Source of the DNA: Gemmatales bacterium
Lineage (GTDB): Bacteria; Planctomycetota; Planctomycetia; Gemmatales; HRBIN36
NCBI GenBank assembly: GCA_041640595.1
Contig: JBEPZY010000001.1
Span: forward strand, 320,001-384,000
Direction of reading: 5' to 3'
DNA: 64,000 bases
The stretch's first letter is position 1; the number at the start of each line of letters is the position of its first letter. The position numbers were made by a program, and so were the translations under genes. Below the pieces are notes generated by a model. That model was not told where the DNA came from. It searched no databases and saw only the letters and a list, made by a program, of their open reading frames with translations. This document shows positions 10,031-20,545 of the stretch, one piece after another.

Positions 10031-11053
10031 ATGCGCTCAGAGTCGCCCTTTCGGACCAAGTCTCTTCGGTTACTGGGGCTGGGGATTCTGGTTGCAGTTA
10101 TTGACTGTCTTCTGCTCGTGAGCGCCCTCCGTGAAAGGCATTTCGCTGGCATTGTCCTGGCGCTGCTGGCCAGTCTGGCTGCTGTCGGCCTGGTATGGCT
10201 GCTTTGGAGAGAAACGCGTGCAGGACTGGTTCAGCGTGCAACTTCCGAAAGCAGAGAGAGCCAGAAGACAACTCCAGGTGCCGAAGTATCTTCTCCCTCC
10301 TTGACGTCTGCAGAAGGTCCGGTCCCAGGTCTGGCAAATACTCCGTCTGTCCCCACGGAGCCCGAAGGCTTCGTCGCCGTTCGCACTGCACAAGCTGAAA
10401 GCCCTGCAAGCACTTCCGTTCCTTCCAGGGAACAACCTGAAGCGTATGCCGATCAGCCGAGTCCTGGGGCGGAAAAAGCCTTGCCCACAATCCAACCCGG
10501 TATTCCCCCACTGACGGCCGACCCGCTGGACAATCGCCCCTGGGTAAAACTGGTTGAGGAAGTGGTCGAGCTGTTCGACGAAATAGAAAGCATACACCCG
10601 CGCCTGCATCCCCCGGCACAGGAACTGGCCAAGCACCTGAAAGATAGGCTGGTGGAAATTCTGGAGCGTAATCAGGTAGAAATTCTCCACAAAGGGGAGA
10701 TCGGCGTGCGCTTCAACAGAGCGCGCCACCAGCCAGCGATGCCTCCTGCGGATGCCGAACTCGCCGTGGTTGCGGAGGTGCTGAGTCCGGGCTTCGTTGT
10801 AGGTCGGCGTGTGTTGCGCCGGGCACACGTGCGTCTGGCTTCGGCAGGGGATCTTGAGGCTCCTGTCAAGAGCCAATCATCTCTTGCACCTCCTTCTCAG
10901 CCGGGAACCCGATTTTCTCAGAGTACCTCCGCCGCATCTGGAGGAGGTGCGTTGGAAGGCCAGCCGGTTCCTCCACTTGACCCTGGCAGAGAGCCGCTGT
11001 CACCGAATCCGGAACGAAGTCGTTTTGAGGAGAGGGAACCAAACCCACAATAA
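10031..11053 (+). CDS. Membrane protein with GrpE-like domain
   Basis: Two N-terminal TM segments and a Pro-rich linker, then a GrpE-like core (FNRARHQPA...VLSPGFVVGRRVLRRAHVRL). Confidence 0.7.
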   Translation: MRSESPFRTKSLRLLGLGILVAVIDCLLLVSALRERHFAGIVLALLASLAAVGLVWLLWRETRAGLVQRATSESRESQKTTPGAEVSSPSLTSAEGPVPGLANTPSVPTEPEGFVAVRTAQAESPASTSVPSREQPEAYADQPSPGAEKALPTIQPGIPPLTADPLDNRPWVKLVEEVVELFDEIESIHPRLHPPAQELAKHLKDRLVEILERNQVEILHKGEIGVRFNRARHQPAMPPADAELAVVAEVLSPGFVVGRRVLRRAHVRLASAGDLEAPVKSQSSLAPPSQPGTRFSQSTSAASGGGALEGQPVPPLDPGREPLSPNPERSRFEEREPNPQ

Positions 11054-11070
11054 AACACAAGGAGAACATC

Positions 11071-13008
11071 ATGGCCGCTACTGCTGACCTGCTTGCTCAG
11101 ACGGAACGATTGCGTCGTCAGACTCTGGACCTTTTGAGCCAGATGGAGGAACACGGGCAGCGATTGGGACTGCCGCCCTTTCCCGATGTGTTGCAGATGT
11201 GTCGGGAGAAACTGCAAGAAAATATCTATCGCGTCCTGGTTGTTGGCGAGGCCAAGCGCGGCAAAAGTTCCTTCATCAACGCGTTGCTAGGCCGGGACCT
11301 GCTGCCCGTTGATGTGGATGTGGCCACGTGTCAGGTCTTTCGCATTCGCCGGGCAGCACAAGAGGCATACCGCCTGCGATTTGAAGACGACTCGGAGCAA
11401 GTCATCCGTGCCGAAGACCTGCCCCGTTATGGTTCCCAGGTGCTGGCTGACCTAAATGAAATCCCGCGTCTGGATCAGATCATTCGCTGGATTGAGGTGG
11501 ATGTACCTGCGCCATTTCTGCCGCCCAATTTATGGTTGCTGGATACTCCGGGACTGGGCTCGCTGTATGCGTTTCATGCGCGGATCACTTATCGTTTTGT
11601 CCCGGAGTGTGATGGGGTTGTGTATGTGCTCGATTCGCAGGCACCGATCAGCCAGCCAGAGTTGCAGTTTATCGAGGACCTGCTGAAGGTGACGAATCAT
11701 CTGTTTTTCATCCAGACCAAGATAGACCTTTTCGATCAGGATACCTGGCAAAAGATACTGCAGCGCAACGAGGATATTCTGCGACAGCGATTTGGCGACC
11801 AATTGGGCCAGGTGCGCGTGTGGCCGGTTTCTAACCAGTTGTTACGTAAGGCCTCGGAAACTCAGGATGAAGATTATCTTGAGGCCAGCAAATATAAAGA
11901 ACTGTCAGAAGCCTTGCAGTTGTTCTTGTACCGCATCGCCGGTCTGGTCAAGACCAGGGCGACCGCTGCTTTAGGGATAGAGCATCACCGTTCCTGCCAG
12001 CAGGTGTTGCAGCAGCGCCTGGATAACCTGAAGATGGAGTCCAAAGAGAAACAGAAGGAGTTGCACCAGCAGTTGCGCAAACTTCGGGAGCAGATGGAGA
12101 CCGACTGCGGGCCGCATGGCCAGAAGCGTCGTGAATTTCTGGAAAAGGTTCAGCAAGTCTGCAACGCAGGTCGGCAACACATTCATCAAGAATTGCAAAA
12201 AATACTCTCCGATTACCAGCGTAAAGTAGAGCAATTACCTCTGGAGGAAGTCGAAAAAGAGGGATCCACTATCTTCAATGAGATGGTAACGGAAGTCAGT
12301 GATCTTTGGAAACGCACAGTGAGCGACACTCAGCAAAAGCTAGCTCAGCATCTAGGAGAGTTCATCGTTTCCTTGCCTGCGGGGCCCGTACTTTCCACGG
12401 TTGATTCAGCATCTCCTCCAGTGAGGGACACTAATAAGTTTAGTGAGATAATGAGTGATGTCGGTAAAGTGATGAAAGGAGCAGGCATGGGTGCACTAGT
12501 CGGCGCGGCAGCTTTTCTGGGTGCCAATGTGATTCTTGCCACCGGTTTCTTCGCCACTATAGGTGCCTTGATATCAGGACTGCTGGGCATCAAATCTGCT
12601 GCTGCATTTGGGAGTATAGTTGGCGGCCTTGGTAGCCTTTGGAACTTGTTCAAAGGCAAGAAAGCCAAACTCGAAGCGGCAAAACAAGAATTACGAGCAC
12701 GCTTGGACAGGGCATGGAATCAGATTCATTACCATTATCTCGGCCCATCTGGGGCGGTAGAGCAATCTTTCGAGATGTTAAAAAACCAGGCGGAGGAGCA
12801 GATTGATAAACTGGTGCAACAAGAATTGCAGCAGAGAGAGGCTGAGATTCAGCGGTTGGAAAAGGATGCGCAGCTGCAGGAGCGGGCTCGCAGGGAAAGG
12901 GTCCAGGAAGTGCGCCAGCAACTGGCCGATTGGGATAAATTGGGTCAAGAGTTGCAGAATGTCCAGAACGAACTGCACGGACTGGAAAAGATACTGGCCG
13001 CTGCTTGA
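11071..13008 (+). CDS. Bacterial dynamin-like GTPase (IniA/DLP-like, with hydrophobic hairpin)
   Basis: G1 GEAKRGKS, G3 DTPG, G4 TKID; coiled coils; Gly-rich hydrophobic segment; AAGGAG RBS. Confidence 0.9.
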   Translation: MAATADLLAQTERLRRQTLDLLSQMEEHGQRLGLPPFPDVLQMCREKLQENIYRVLVVGEAKRGKSSFINALLGRDLLPVDVDVATCQVFRIRRAAQEAYRLRFEDDSEQVIRAEDLPRYGSQVLADLNEIPRLDQIIRWIEVDVPAPFLPPNLWLLDTPGLGSLYAFHARITYRFVPECDGVVYVLDSQAPISQPELQFIEDLLKVTNHLFFIQTKIDLFDQDTWQKILQRNEDILRQRFGDQLGQVRVWPVSNQLLRKASETQDEDYLEASKYKELSEALQLFLYRIAGLVKTRATAALGIEHHRSCQQVLQQRLDNLKMESKEKQKELHQQLRKLREQMETDCGPHGQKRREFLEKVQQVCNAGRQHIHQELQKILSDYQRKVEQLPLEEVEKEGSTIFNEMVTEVSDLWKRTVSDTQQKLAQHLGEFIVSLPAGPVLSTVDSASPPVRDTNKFSEIMSDVGKVMKGAGMGALVGAAAFLGANVILATGFFATIGALISGLLGIKSAAAFGSIVGGLGSLWNLFKGKKAKLEAAKQELRARLDRAWNQIHYHYLGPSGAVEQSFEMLKNQAEEQIDKLVQQELQQREAEIQRLEKDAQLQERARRERVQEVRQQLADWDKLGQELQNVQNELHGLEKILAAA

Positions 13009-13115
13009 AAGGCCCGTGAGATGAAAAACACCCGGTCTCAAAGGAAAAGACCGCGAAAGTAGGACCGTCTTCAGGGCAAAAGAGCGAAGCCTGGTTTCCA
13101 AAGAGGGCTGAGACC

Positions 13116-15296
13116 ATGAAGAAGGAACCTGTCTTGGGAATTGATTTTGGCACGACCTACAGCAGCATGGCGTGGTTTAATCCGCAGACGGGCCGGGCGG
13201 AAGTGCTCCGCAATGCAGAAGGAGAAGAAAAGACGCCATCGGTAGTTTATTATGGGGATAAGGAAGTAGTGGTGGGCAAGGTGGCAGAATACTACGTGGA
13301 GGATCCCCAGGCGTGCAAGCGGGTTCTTCGAGCAGTCAAACGACACTTGGCGGAGGACACCCGGTACGCGGTGGGTTCACGACAGGTTCGGCCGGTGCAA
13401 GCGGCGGCGGAGATTTTGCGGAAGCTGAAGCAGGATGCCGAAGGAGGACATTTTCGCCGGGAGGTGCAGCGGGTGGTGTTGACGCATCCTGCCGTTTTCG
13501 ACGAAGTGGAGAAGGAACGTCTGCGCGAAGCAGCACGGCTGGCCGGTTTTGCGGAGGTGGTGCTGCTGGAGGAACCGGTAGCGGCCGCGCTGGCTTATCT
13601 GGCAGCAGGTGTGGGGCCGGTTGAGCAGGGAATTCTCGTTTATGATCTGGGAGGGGGTACGTTTGATTTGACGCTGGTGGTGCCTGACGAGGGTCCTGCG
13701 GGTTTTCGTGTGGCGTTGCCGCCCAGGGGATCACGTATCGGCGGGGAAGATTTCGACCGTGCGATCTATGATGATTTCGACAATTTCGTGCGGCAGTATG
13801 GAGCTTCTCTTGGGAAAGACGGTTTGAACCTAGCGTTCTTGAAACGATGCCAGAAATATAAGGAGAATCTGTCCGTGGTGGAGGAGCCGGCAGCGCCCCT
13901 GGGATGGTTCTGGAGCGAAGGGCGCGAGTTGATAAGCCGGAGCATGACGCGCCGGGATTTCGAGCGATTAATCAATGCGCATGTTGAGGATACGGTGAAG
14001 CTAACCAGACAGTTGCTTCGAGAGGCAAACAAGAAGGGTCTGCAAGCTAAGCATGTGCTTTTGATCGGGGGGTCGTCGCGGATTCCTTTGATCCAGCGGC
14101 GTCTGAAAGAGGAATTGCAGACGGAGCCATTGGTTTGGGAGCAGCGGGATATTGCAGTGGCTCTGGGAGCAGCGATTTATGGGGCACGCTATGATCAGAA
14201 AACAAATTGCACAAATCCAGCTGCTATCCGGGAACATCGTCTCGATGAGAAAGGCCCATCCCTTGGGGAGTTAGTACAGCGTGCCAGGGACGGGGACGTA
14301 ATCATCATTCCGGCGGGGGACTGGTATCTGCGCCAGGGAGTAATCATAGACAAGCCGTTGGTGTTGCGAGGGGAGGGAAGAGAACATAGCCGGCTGAGGT
14401 CGGAAGCCGAGGGGTATGTGCTGTGTTTTCAGGGGACAGGTCCGTGGCGGTTGGAGGGGTTGACGGTGGAACATGTAGGCAAGAGATGGGCGCATGTGGT
14501 AAAGGTGGAAGGGGGGCAGATCGAGATACGGGATTGTGTCTGCCGGGGCGGGGTGTGGGACGAGTCGAACAGCAGAGGCGGTTTAGGGATATGGCTTCGA
14601 GGTGGCGCACGGGGTGTTATATCAGGGTGTATTTGTGGGCCGAACGGTCTGCATGGGATCGGGGTGAGTGGTCAGGCGCAGGCGCAATTGGAAGCCAACA
14701 CCTGTAACAACAACCAACAATGTGGTATTGTTTACTGTGAATCTGCCGAGGGCACGGCGCGGCAGAATATCTGCCGGCACAATGGCCTGCATGGCATCGG
14801 GGTTCAGGGACAGGCGCAGCCGCACCTGGAGGACAACACCTGCGAGAACAACCAGCAATGCGGCATTTTGTATTCAGATTCTGCCTGGGGCACGGCACGG
14901 TATAATGTCTGCCGGCAGAATGGCTATCATGGCATCGGGGTTCGGAGACACGCGCAGCCCAAATTGGAAAGCAACACCTGCGACTGCAACCAGCGATGCG
15001 GCATTATGTACCTTGAGTCCGCCAGGGGCGTGGCGTGGCACAATATCTGCCGCCAGAATGGCAATCATGGCATCGGGGTTCAGGGTCAGGCACAGCCGCA
15101 ATTGGAAAGCAACGCCTGCGAGAACAACCAGCAAGACGGAATTCGTTACTTCGACTTTGCCGGCGGGCATGCGCGGCAAAACACCTGTTCAGGCAATCGG
15201 CAGTATGGCATCTATGTAGCTTCCACGGCAAAGCCTGTGCTGGACGCCAATAACTGCTACGAAAACCTTAGCAGGAACATTTTTAACGAAGCGTAG
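13116..15296 (+). CDS. Hsp70-family ATPase domain fused to right-handed beta-helix repeats
   Basis: GIDFGTTYS, TPSVV, EPVAAA, YDLGGGTFD and GGSSRIP motifs. C-terminal 48-aa repeats (N.CxxN...GI) replace the substrate-binding domain. Confidence 0.9.
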   Translation: MKKEPVLGIDFGTTYSSMAWFNPQTGRAEVLRNAEGEEKTPSVVYYGDKEVVVGKVAEYYVEDPQACKRVLRAVKRHLAEDTRYAVGSRQVRPVQAAAEILRKLKQDAEGGHFRREVQRVVLTHPAVFDEVEKERLREAARLAGFAEVVLLEEPVAAALAYLAAGVGPVEQGILVYDLGGGTFDLTLVVPDEGPAGFRVALPPRGSRIGGEDFDRAIYDDFDNFVRQYGASLGKDGLNLAFLKRCQKYKENLSVVEEPAAPLGWFWSEGRELISRSMTRRDFERLINAHVEDTVKLTRQLLREANKKGLQAKHVLLIGGSSRIPLIQRRLKEELQTEPLVWEQRDIAVALGAAIYGARYDQKTNCTNPAAIREHRLDEKGPSLGELVQRARDGDVIIIPAGDWYLRQGVIIDKPLVLRGEGREHSRLRSEAEGYVLCFQGTGPWRLEGLTVEHVGKRWAHVVKVEGGQIEIRDCVCRGGVWDESNSRGGLGIWLRGGARGVISGCICGPNGLHGIGVSGQAQAQLEANTCNNNQQCGIVYCESAEGTARQNICRHNGLHGIGVQGQAQPHLEDNTCENNQQCGILYSDSAWGTARYNVCRQNGYHGIGVRRHAQPKLESNTCDCNQRCGIMYLESARGVAWHNICRQNGNHGIGVQGQAQPQLESNACENNQQDGIRYFDFAGGHARQNTCSGNRQYGIYVASTAKPVLDANNCYENLSRNIFNEA

Positions 15297-15404
15297 AACG
15301 GAGAACGGTGCGCTGATATTTGATAGCGCATGTGCCTGGAAAAACTAAGCTCGCAAAGCATCGAGCCCTGCGACGAGGATAACACTTAGTGTGATAAGTC
15401 AAAG

Positions 15405-17138
15405 GTGATAGATATGGATAGCTTCCAGAGCCAGCTAGAGAAATTGTTGCGGCGCAGCGCTGAGCAGTTGCGGCAGGTAAGATTGCCGGAGACCCTGGCG
15501 GATTATCCGGACCGTCTGGAAAGACTGGCAGAGCAGGTGTACCACCCCTGTACTCTGGCAGTTGTGGGCCGGGCCAAGGCCGGCAAGAGCACGTTCATCA
15601 ATGCTTTTCTGGAAGACGACCTGGCCAAAGTCGGCGTCACGGAAACGACGGCCACCCTCAACTTCTTTCGCTATGGAAATCCTCCGGACCCAGCACGTCC
15701 CATCCGCTGCTTCTGGCGCAATGGCCAGGATGAGTACGTCGATCGACAATTCCTGGACAGCCTGCAAGGACATGCTCCGGAAATCGTGCAGCGGGCTGCG
15801 CAAATTGATCATCTGGAATATCTCCTGCCCCATCCCAGTCTCAGGGAAGTGACGCTGGTGGATACTCCCGGCACCGAAGCGGCTGTGCTGGAACACCATG
15901 AACAGACCAAAGAGTTCCTCCAGTTGCGCCAGCAACACGCACAGGCCACGCGCCAGTGGGCCGAACGTGCCGATGCCGTGATTTATCTGGTTGGCCCTGT
16001 AGCCCGACTTACCGATCAGCAGTTGCTGGAGGAGTTTACTCAGGCGACCAGCGGGCAGGCACGGGCACTGAACGCCCTGGGAGTGCTGGCCAAAGTAGAT
16101 TTGCAACCGGAATTGCTACAGCGTCGCGAGCAATTGGCCGCCAAGATTGCTCAGCAACTGCGGGACAGTCTAAACACGGTGCTGCCTGTCTCCGCCGGTC
16201 TTCGCCGAGCTCTGGACCGGTTCCAGAAAGACAAGGACTCCTTCCGCAAGCTCCGCCAGCAACTCCAGCAGATTCCCGCCAAACTGCTGAGCAAACTCCT
16301 GGACAGTGAGGAACTTTACAAAAAGGATTATCCGGACTGTCCTGTGAGCGTTGCTGAGCGAATAGGTTTGCGCGGCGATATGCCTTGGGGCGTATTCACA
16401 ACCATCGCTCGTCTGGCCGCCGATGCCACCCTCACTGATGAAGAGGTATTGGAGAAGCTGGAGGAATGGTCTGGCTTTGGCCCCTTGAAAGAAGTGCTGG
16501 AGCAACACTTCTTCCGCCGCAGCAAGCTGCTGCGCTGCTTTAGCATTCTGCGCGAAGTCCGCACCTTGCTGGACGACCTGCGCTACAATTATCTGCCGCA
16601 ATTGCAAAAGAAAGACCAGCAGGACCAAGCCCTGTGCGAGCGTTACCAACTCCTGCTGCGCACCGTCCAGGAGCACGAGGCGGGCGATCTGGCAAGGCGA
16701 CTGCACTGGCCGGAGCGGGAAGTGCGCACGACGGTCAAAGAGTTAGTCGATCTCGTGAACCGCGTGATACCTACCGATCGGGCAGACCTCCTGAGCGCAC
16801 TGCTTCAGGACCTGGACCGGCAATTTAGCGAGCTATACCACAAACTGGAAGAGTACAACGCCGATTTTGAAGGTCTGCTGAAATTGGAAAAGAGACCTGA
16901 GTTCCTGACCGATGGAGAATGCGAGGAATTGCGCCGCTTGTTTGGCTTACACGGCTTAGACCCGGGTACCCGTCTGCCCCCAGATCTGCCGCCAGGGGAG
17001 AAACTGAGATACATACAAAGCCGCCAGGAATACTGGCGTGAAAGGCAGTGGCGGGGTCGGCAACCGGAACTCCAGCAGCTTGCAGAGCTGGCTGAACGGC
17101 GCTACGGCTGGTTGCTGGCCCAGGAGACAGCGCGCTGA
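15405..17138 (+). CDS. Second dynamin-like GTPase (IniC-like)
   Basis: GRAKAGKST, DTPG, AKVD and PVSA motifs. Confidence 0.88.
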   Translation: MIDMDSFQSQLEKLLRRSAEQLRQVRLPETLADYPDRLERLAEQVYHPCTLAVVGRAKAGKSTFINAFLEDDLAKVGVTETTATLNFFRYGNPPDPARPIRCFWRNGQDEYVDRQFLDSLQGHAPEIVQRAAQIDHLEYLLPHPSLREVTLVDTPGTEAAVLEHHEQTKEFLQLRQQHAQATRQWAERADAVIYLVGPVARLTDQQLLEEFTQATSGQARALNALGVLAKVDLQPELLQRREQLAAKIAQQLRDSLNTVLPVSAGLRRALDRFQKDKDSFRKLRQQLQQIPAKLLSKLLDSEELYKKDYPDCPVSVAERIGLRGDMPWGVFTTIARLAADATLTDEEVLEKLEEWSGFGPLKEVLEQHFFRRSKLLRCFSILREVRTLLDDLRYNYLPQLQKKDQQDQALCERYQLLLRTVQEHEAGDLARRLHWPEREVRTTVKELVDLVNRVIPTDRADLLSALLQDLDRQFSELYHKLEEYNADFEGLLKLEKRPEFLTDGECEELRRLFGLHGLDPGTRLPPDLPPGEKLRYIQSRQEYWRERQWRGRQPELQQLAELAERRYGWLLAQETAR

Positions 17139-17774
17139 TGGCTCGGCACTGCCTGCTGCGAGCACTCTTCACTTGCAGTGCCAATAACTTCCAGGCCATC
17201 TAACATATCTCGGCGTTTGCTGCCGCAGGAACTCTTCACTTGCGTGGCCTGATTCTTTCCAGCGCACCGGACACCAGCCAACCAATGTTTCGAGCGGAAA
17301 ACCTGTGAGATTCCCCTGCCCAATTAGTTTTTTGCCACAGCTCCAGCGACCATCAGCAATAACCGTTGGCGGCAGAGACTCGCCGCGTAACTGTGGCATG
17401 GGCTGCGCAACTATACCAACTATCAGTGGCAAACATCGGCAACAGTGGCGGGCCTACCCAGTAGTTACCAGGCCGACCCGGTTGACACCGATAAGCATCG
17501 GCGGTGCTGGCAGACCACGTCGGCAACCAGCTTGGCCCGAAACACTCGCCTTTTCGCGGAAACGGGAAAAGCCGGCAGCTGATATGTTTGCATCGGCTAG
17601 CAACTCTTATGCAGCCTTTTGCAGAAACGCAGAGAAACTGGTGCACAACCTGGGAGTGATCAAGACGACCTGCAGCAAGCTAACCGCTCTAATAGTTTTG
17701 GCAACGGCTTCTAACCATATGCGAATCGTCGTGGCAACGAGCCTTGGCGGAACTGTCCAGGTTCGATTCGGACA

Positions 17775-17876
17775 CCGCAATTACACAAATCCGCTCCCGC
17801 AATTATATAAGTCGGCCGCCGCAATTACACAACTCTACCGCCGTGACTATATAGACTAGCCCTGGCAATTATATAT
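17775..17876. repeat. Five iteron-like repeats (CCGCAATTAYAYAA) at exact 22-bp spacing
   Basis: Copies start at 17775, 17797, 17819, 17841 and 17863; the last two are degenerate. Confidence 0.7.
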
Positions 17877-18281
17877 ACGATCCGCACCTACCTGCCGCAC
17901 ACATTATGGGATCCCGCTTCTTCTGGCAATCAGAAAAATATAAGAGCGGGACTAAAGTCAGCCAGCTAATTGCTTGTCCAGCACAGTACGGATTTGTGGA
18001 ACGGGACGGTGCAATTTCTGGAGGCCTCGATTATCGTCAAGCATGTAAAGCTCACCTGCCGGGTAATGGTTCAGATGCACCCTGCTGCATTTGCATCCTT
18101 GCAAGTCCACGCAATGAAACAGCAACTGGCGTGCCGTGACGCTGAACTTTATGAGCCTGCTAATTTCTAAGCGAAATAGCCCAGAAAATCAAGGCTGACG
18201 CTTATGCAATAAAAATGAAAATGGGCATGAGCGTGAGCAACGAGGTGTGCTTTTCATGGACCATCCGAATTTAGATACATT

Positions 18282-18345
18282 GTTACTGGGCGGGGTAGTT
18301 ACTGCACGAGATAGTTGCTCGGCGGGATAGTTACTGGGCAGGATA
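18282..18345. repeat. 4 x 16-bp tandem repeat (GTTACTGGGCGGGATA consensus)
   Basis: Copies at 18282, 18298, 18314 and 18330. Confidence 0.7.
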
Positions 18346-18483
18346 GGGCAATGCAATGTCTAAGATTGGTTTCGAAGACGCCATCGTTTAGTCATTGATT
18401 TTCCAGTAAATGCGGGCACAAACGCACCTTGTAATGCGGCAAGAAGTGTGTTATATTAACCGCTCCTAGCCAGAGGCGGTGAC

Positions 18484-18663
18484 ATGCGGACATTGAGGAA
18501 TTGGTTGCGGCAGGGGCGGATTCCTTATCGCAAGGTGGGCCGAGTCGTGCTCATCCCAAAGAAAGCTCTAGAGGACTGGGCCAATAGCCACACGCTTGAA
18601 AATGGGAGCCAGGCAAGGATGTTCTCTGGGGAGTCCGACGGGCATTCGAATAGCAAGCCGTGA
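18484..18663 (+). CDS. Excisionase-like HTH (HTH_17/Xis) protein, 59 aa, probably N-terminally truncated
   Basis: Hand translation MRTLRNWLRQGRIPYRKVGRVVLIPKKALEDWANS...; below the ORF-track cutoff; upstream of the integrase. Confidence 0.7.
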   Translation: MRTLRNWLRQGRIPYRKVGRVVLIPKKALEDWANSHTLENGSQARMFSGESDGHSNSKP

Positions 18664-19075
18664 AAGGGTGACTTGAAGGTAGATGTGGCTCTTTTCAAGA
18701 AAGCCATTCAACTAGGAAAACAATGGTGCTGCAGGGAAGTGCCCGCAGCAGCATCTTATAAACCGGCCTGCGAGGTGAAGAGAATAGGTGGGTCGTGTTT
18801 GGCATACACCGGATGGGGGTATAAGTGCCGCGATATGGTATTAACATGGGAGTCTGGACAAGGTCGCGGTCGGGTTGAGCTGGCGTGTAGTCGGTAGTGC
18901 ATGGGCTGCGTAAGAACAGAGGGGATGTGACACAGGAATCAGTCTTTTGAGGATCAGGATATTTAGGCTTAGAGCTAAGTCGGCTTCAACGTAATGTCGC
19001 ATGGCCGAATGAAAAGGCCGGCTATTCGGGCAGTTGGTGAGAACTAAGTCAGCGGGCTGCAGTAAGGAGTCAAGT

Positions 19076-20545
19076 GTGGCGAGCTTGGTGCGGGAAAGAA
19101 AAGGTGGCTATCGGATAGACTGGCTGGACCAGGAAGGGAAGCGGCATAGTTTGCGGTTGGGTATTGGCAATCGCAAGCTGGCCGAGCAAGTGCTGGCCCA
19201 TGTTGAAACCCTCATTGCTGCCCGCGAGATGAATGTGTCGCTGGACCGGGCAACGCAACTCTGGCTAGCAAGCATCGGGCCGGAGTTGCGAGCTCGACTT
19301 GAACGAGCAGGGTTAGTTGATTCACTGCCGCGAATACCGACATTGGCCGAGTTTGTGCAAGGCTACCTGACCCGGCGCGAACAAGACCTGAAGCCCCGTA
19401 CACTGGACAAACTGCGCGACACGGCCAGGAAACTATGCGAGTTTTTCGGGGAAAATTGTCCGCTGGACAAAATTACTTCGGGTCGGGCTCAGGATTGGGT
19501 GTGCTGGCTGCGCGAACGTGGCTATGCCCCGTACACGATTTACAAGTTCCTCGTGAAAGCTCGTGGCATTTTGCAAGATGCTGTGCAGCGTGAGTTGCTT
19601 GTGAAAAACCCACTGGCGGGTGTCAAGGTGCAGGCAAAACCGGATGAATCCCGCCGAGTGTTCATTACCCGCCAGGAAATTGCTCGCCTGCTGGCCGTGC
19701 TACCGCCGGTGTGGCGTACGGTAGTTGGTCTGGCGCGGTATGCCGGCTTGCGTTGTCCCAGTGAGGTGATGAGTCTGAAGTGGCAGCACATCCGCTGGGA
19801 ATCGGGCCTGATTACCGTGCCGCAACCCAAGCTGGAACATTTGCCGGGCAAGGCCTACCGCGTGGTGCCGCTTTTCCCGGAGGTCCGGGCGATTCTTGAG
19901 GAGGCTCGGAAGTTAGCCCCGGCGGATTCGGAATATGTGGTCTGGGAAGCTCGGCTCCGGGAAAGTGTCGTTACGAGCCGGGGCTGGCAAAACTGCAACC
20001 TGCGGACGGCGTTGTATCGTTACCTGCGGCGTGCAGGGCTGCCCTGCTGGCCGAAGCCGTTTGTCAACATGCGAAGCTCCCGGCAAACTGAACTGGCAGA
20101 GTTTTTCCCGGAGCACGTGGTTGCCGCTTGGCTGGGCAATTCGCCAACAGTGGCCCGTGCACACTACCTGCAAGTTACGGACGCTCATTTTCGCCAGGCC
20201 CAGGAACGAATCACCGCTCTCGAAAGCGAAAGTGGGCACGGCGATAGCAAAGGAAGTAAGCTGACAATTCCGTTTTGCTACTTGCGGACCGAGAGTTTAC
20301 GGACGCAGGCACAGGAAGGTCAAGGACAGACTCACGCGGAAGTAACACCAGAAAACCGTGCAGCAAAATCCGCAGCAATGCCGCAGCAAAATCCGCAGCT
20401 GCAGGAGACGGCAGCCAGCAGCAAACAGCGGAAAAATTCTCAGCAAGTTGCGGCAGATTGGGACATTGCGCCGTCAGGTGCCGCCTGGTGCCTCTTCGCA
20501 CCGGCGATCGCACTACCCCCGGCAGGACTCGAACCTGCAACCTAG
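19076..20545 (+). CDS. Tyrosine recombinase / phage integrase
   Basis: GTG start after AAGGAG; AGLRCPSE, NMRSS, WLGNS and HY catalytic-type motifs; adjacent to a tRNA. Confidence 0.9.
   Translation: MASLVRERKGGYRIDWLDQEGKRHSLRLGIGNRKLAEQVLAHVETLIAAREMNVSLDRATQLWLASIGPELRARLERAGLVDSLPRIPTLAEFVQGYLTRREQDLKPRTLDKLRDTARKLCEFFGENCPLDKITSGRAQDWVCWLRERGYAPYTIYKFLVKARGILQDAVQRELLVKNPLAGVKVQAKPDESRRVFITRQEIARLLAVLPPVWRTVVGLARYAGLRCPSEVMSLKWQHIRWESGLITVPQPKLEHLPGKAYRVVPLFPEVRAILEEARKLAPADSEYVVWEARLRESVVTSRGWQNCNLRTALYRYLRRAGLPCWPKPFVNMRSSRQTELAEFFPEHVVAAWLGNSPTVARAHYLQVTDAHFRQAQERITALESESGHGDSKGSKLTIPFCYLRTESLRTQAQEGQGQTHAEVTPENRAAKSAAMPQQNPQLQETAASSKQRKNSQQVAADWDIAPSGAAWCLFAPAIALPPAGLEPAT

Larger units (their letters stand above)
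1..20513. mobile_element. Genomic island integrated at the tRNA-Arg 3' end (left boundary outside window)
   Basis: Integrase and Xis abut the tRNA 3' end; cargo is IS remnants and accessory genes; no second att copy seen in the window. Confidence 0.65.

Noticed and set aside
17305..18200. ORFs 17305-17859 and neighbours
   Set aside because: No recognisable motifs or RBS; the region looks like decayed non-coding DNA.
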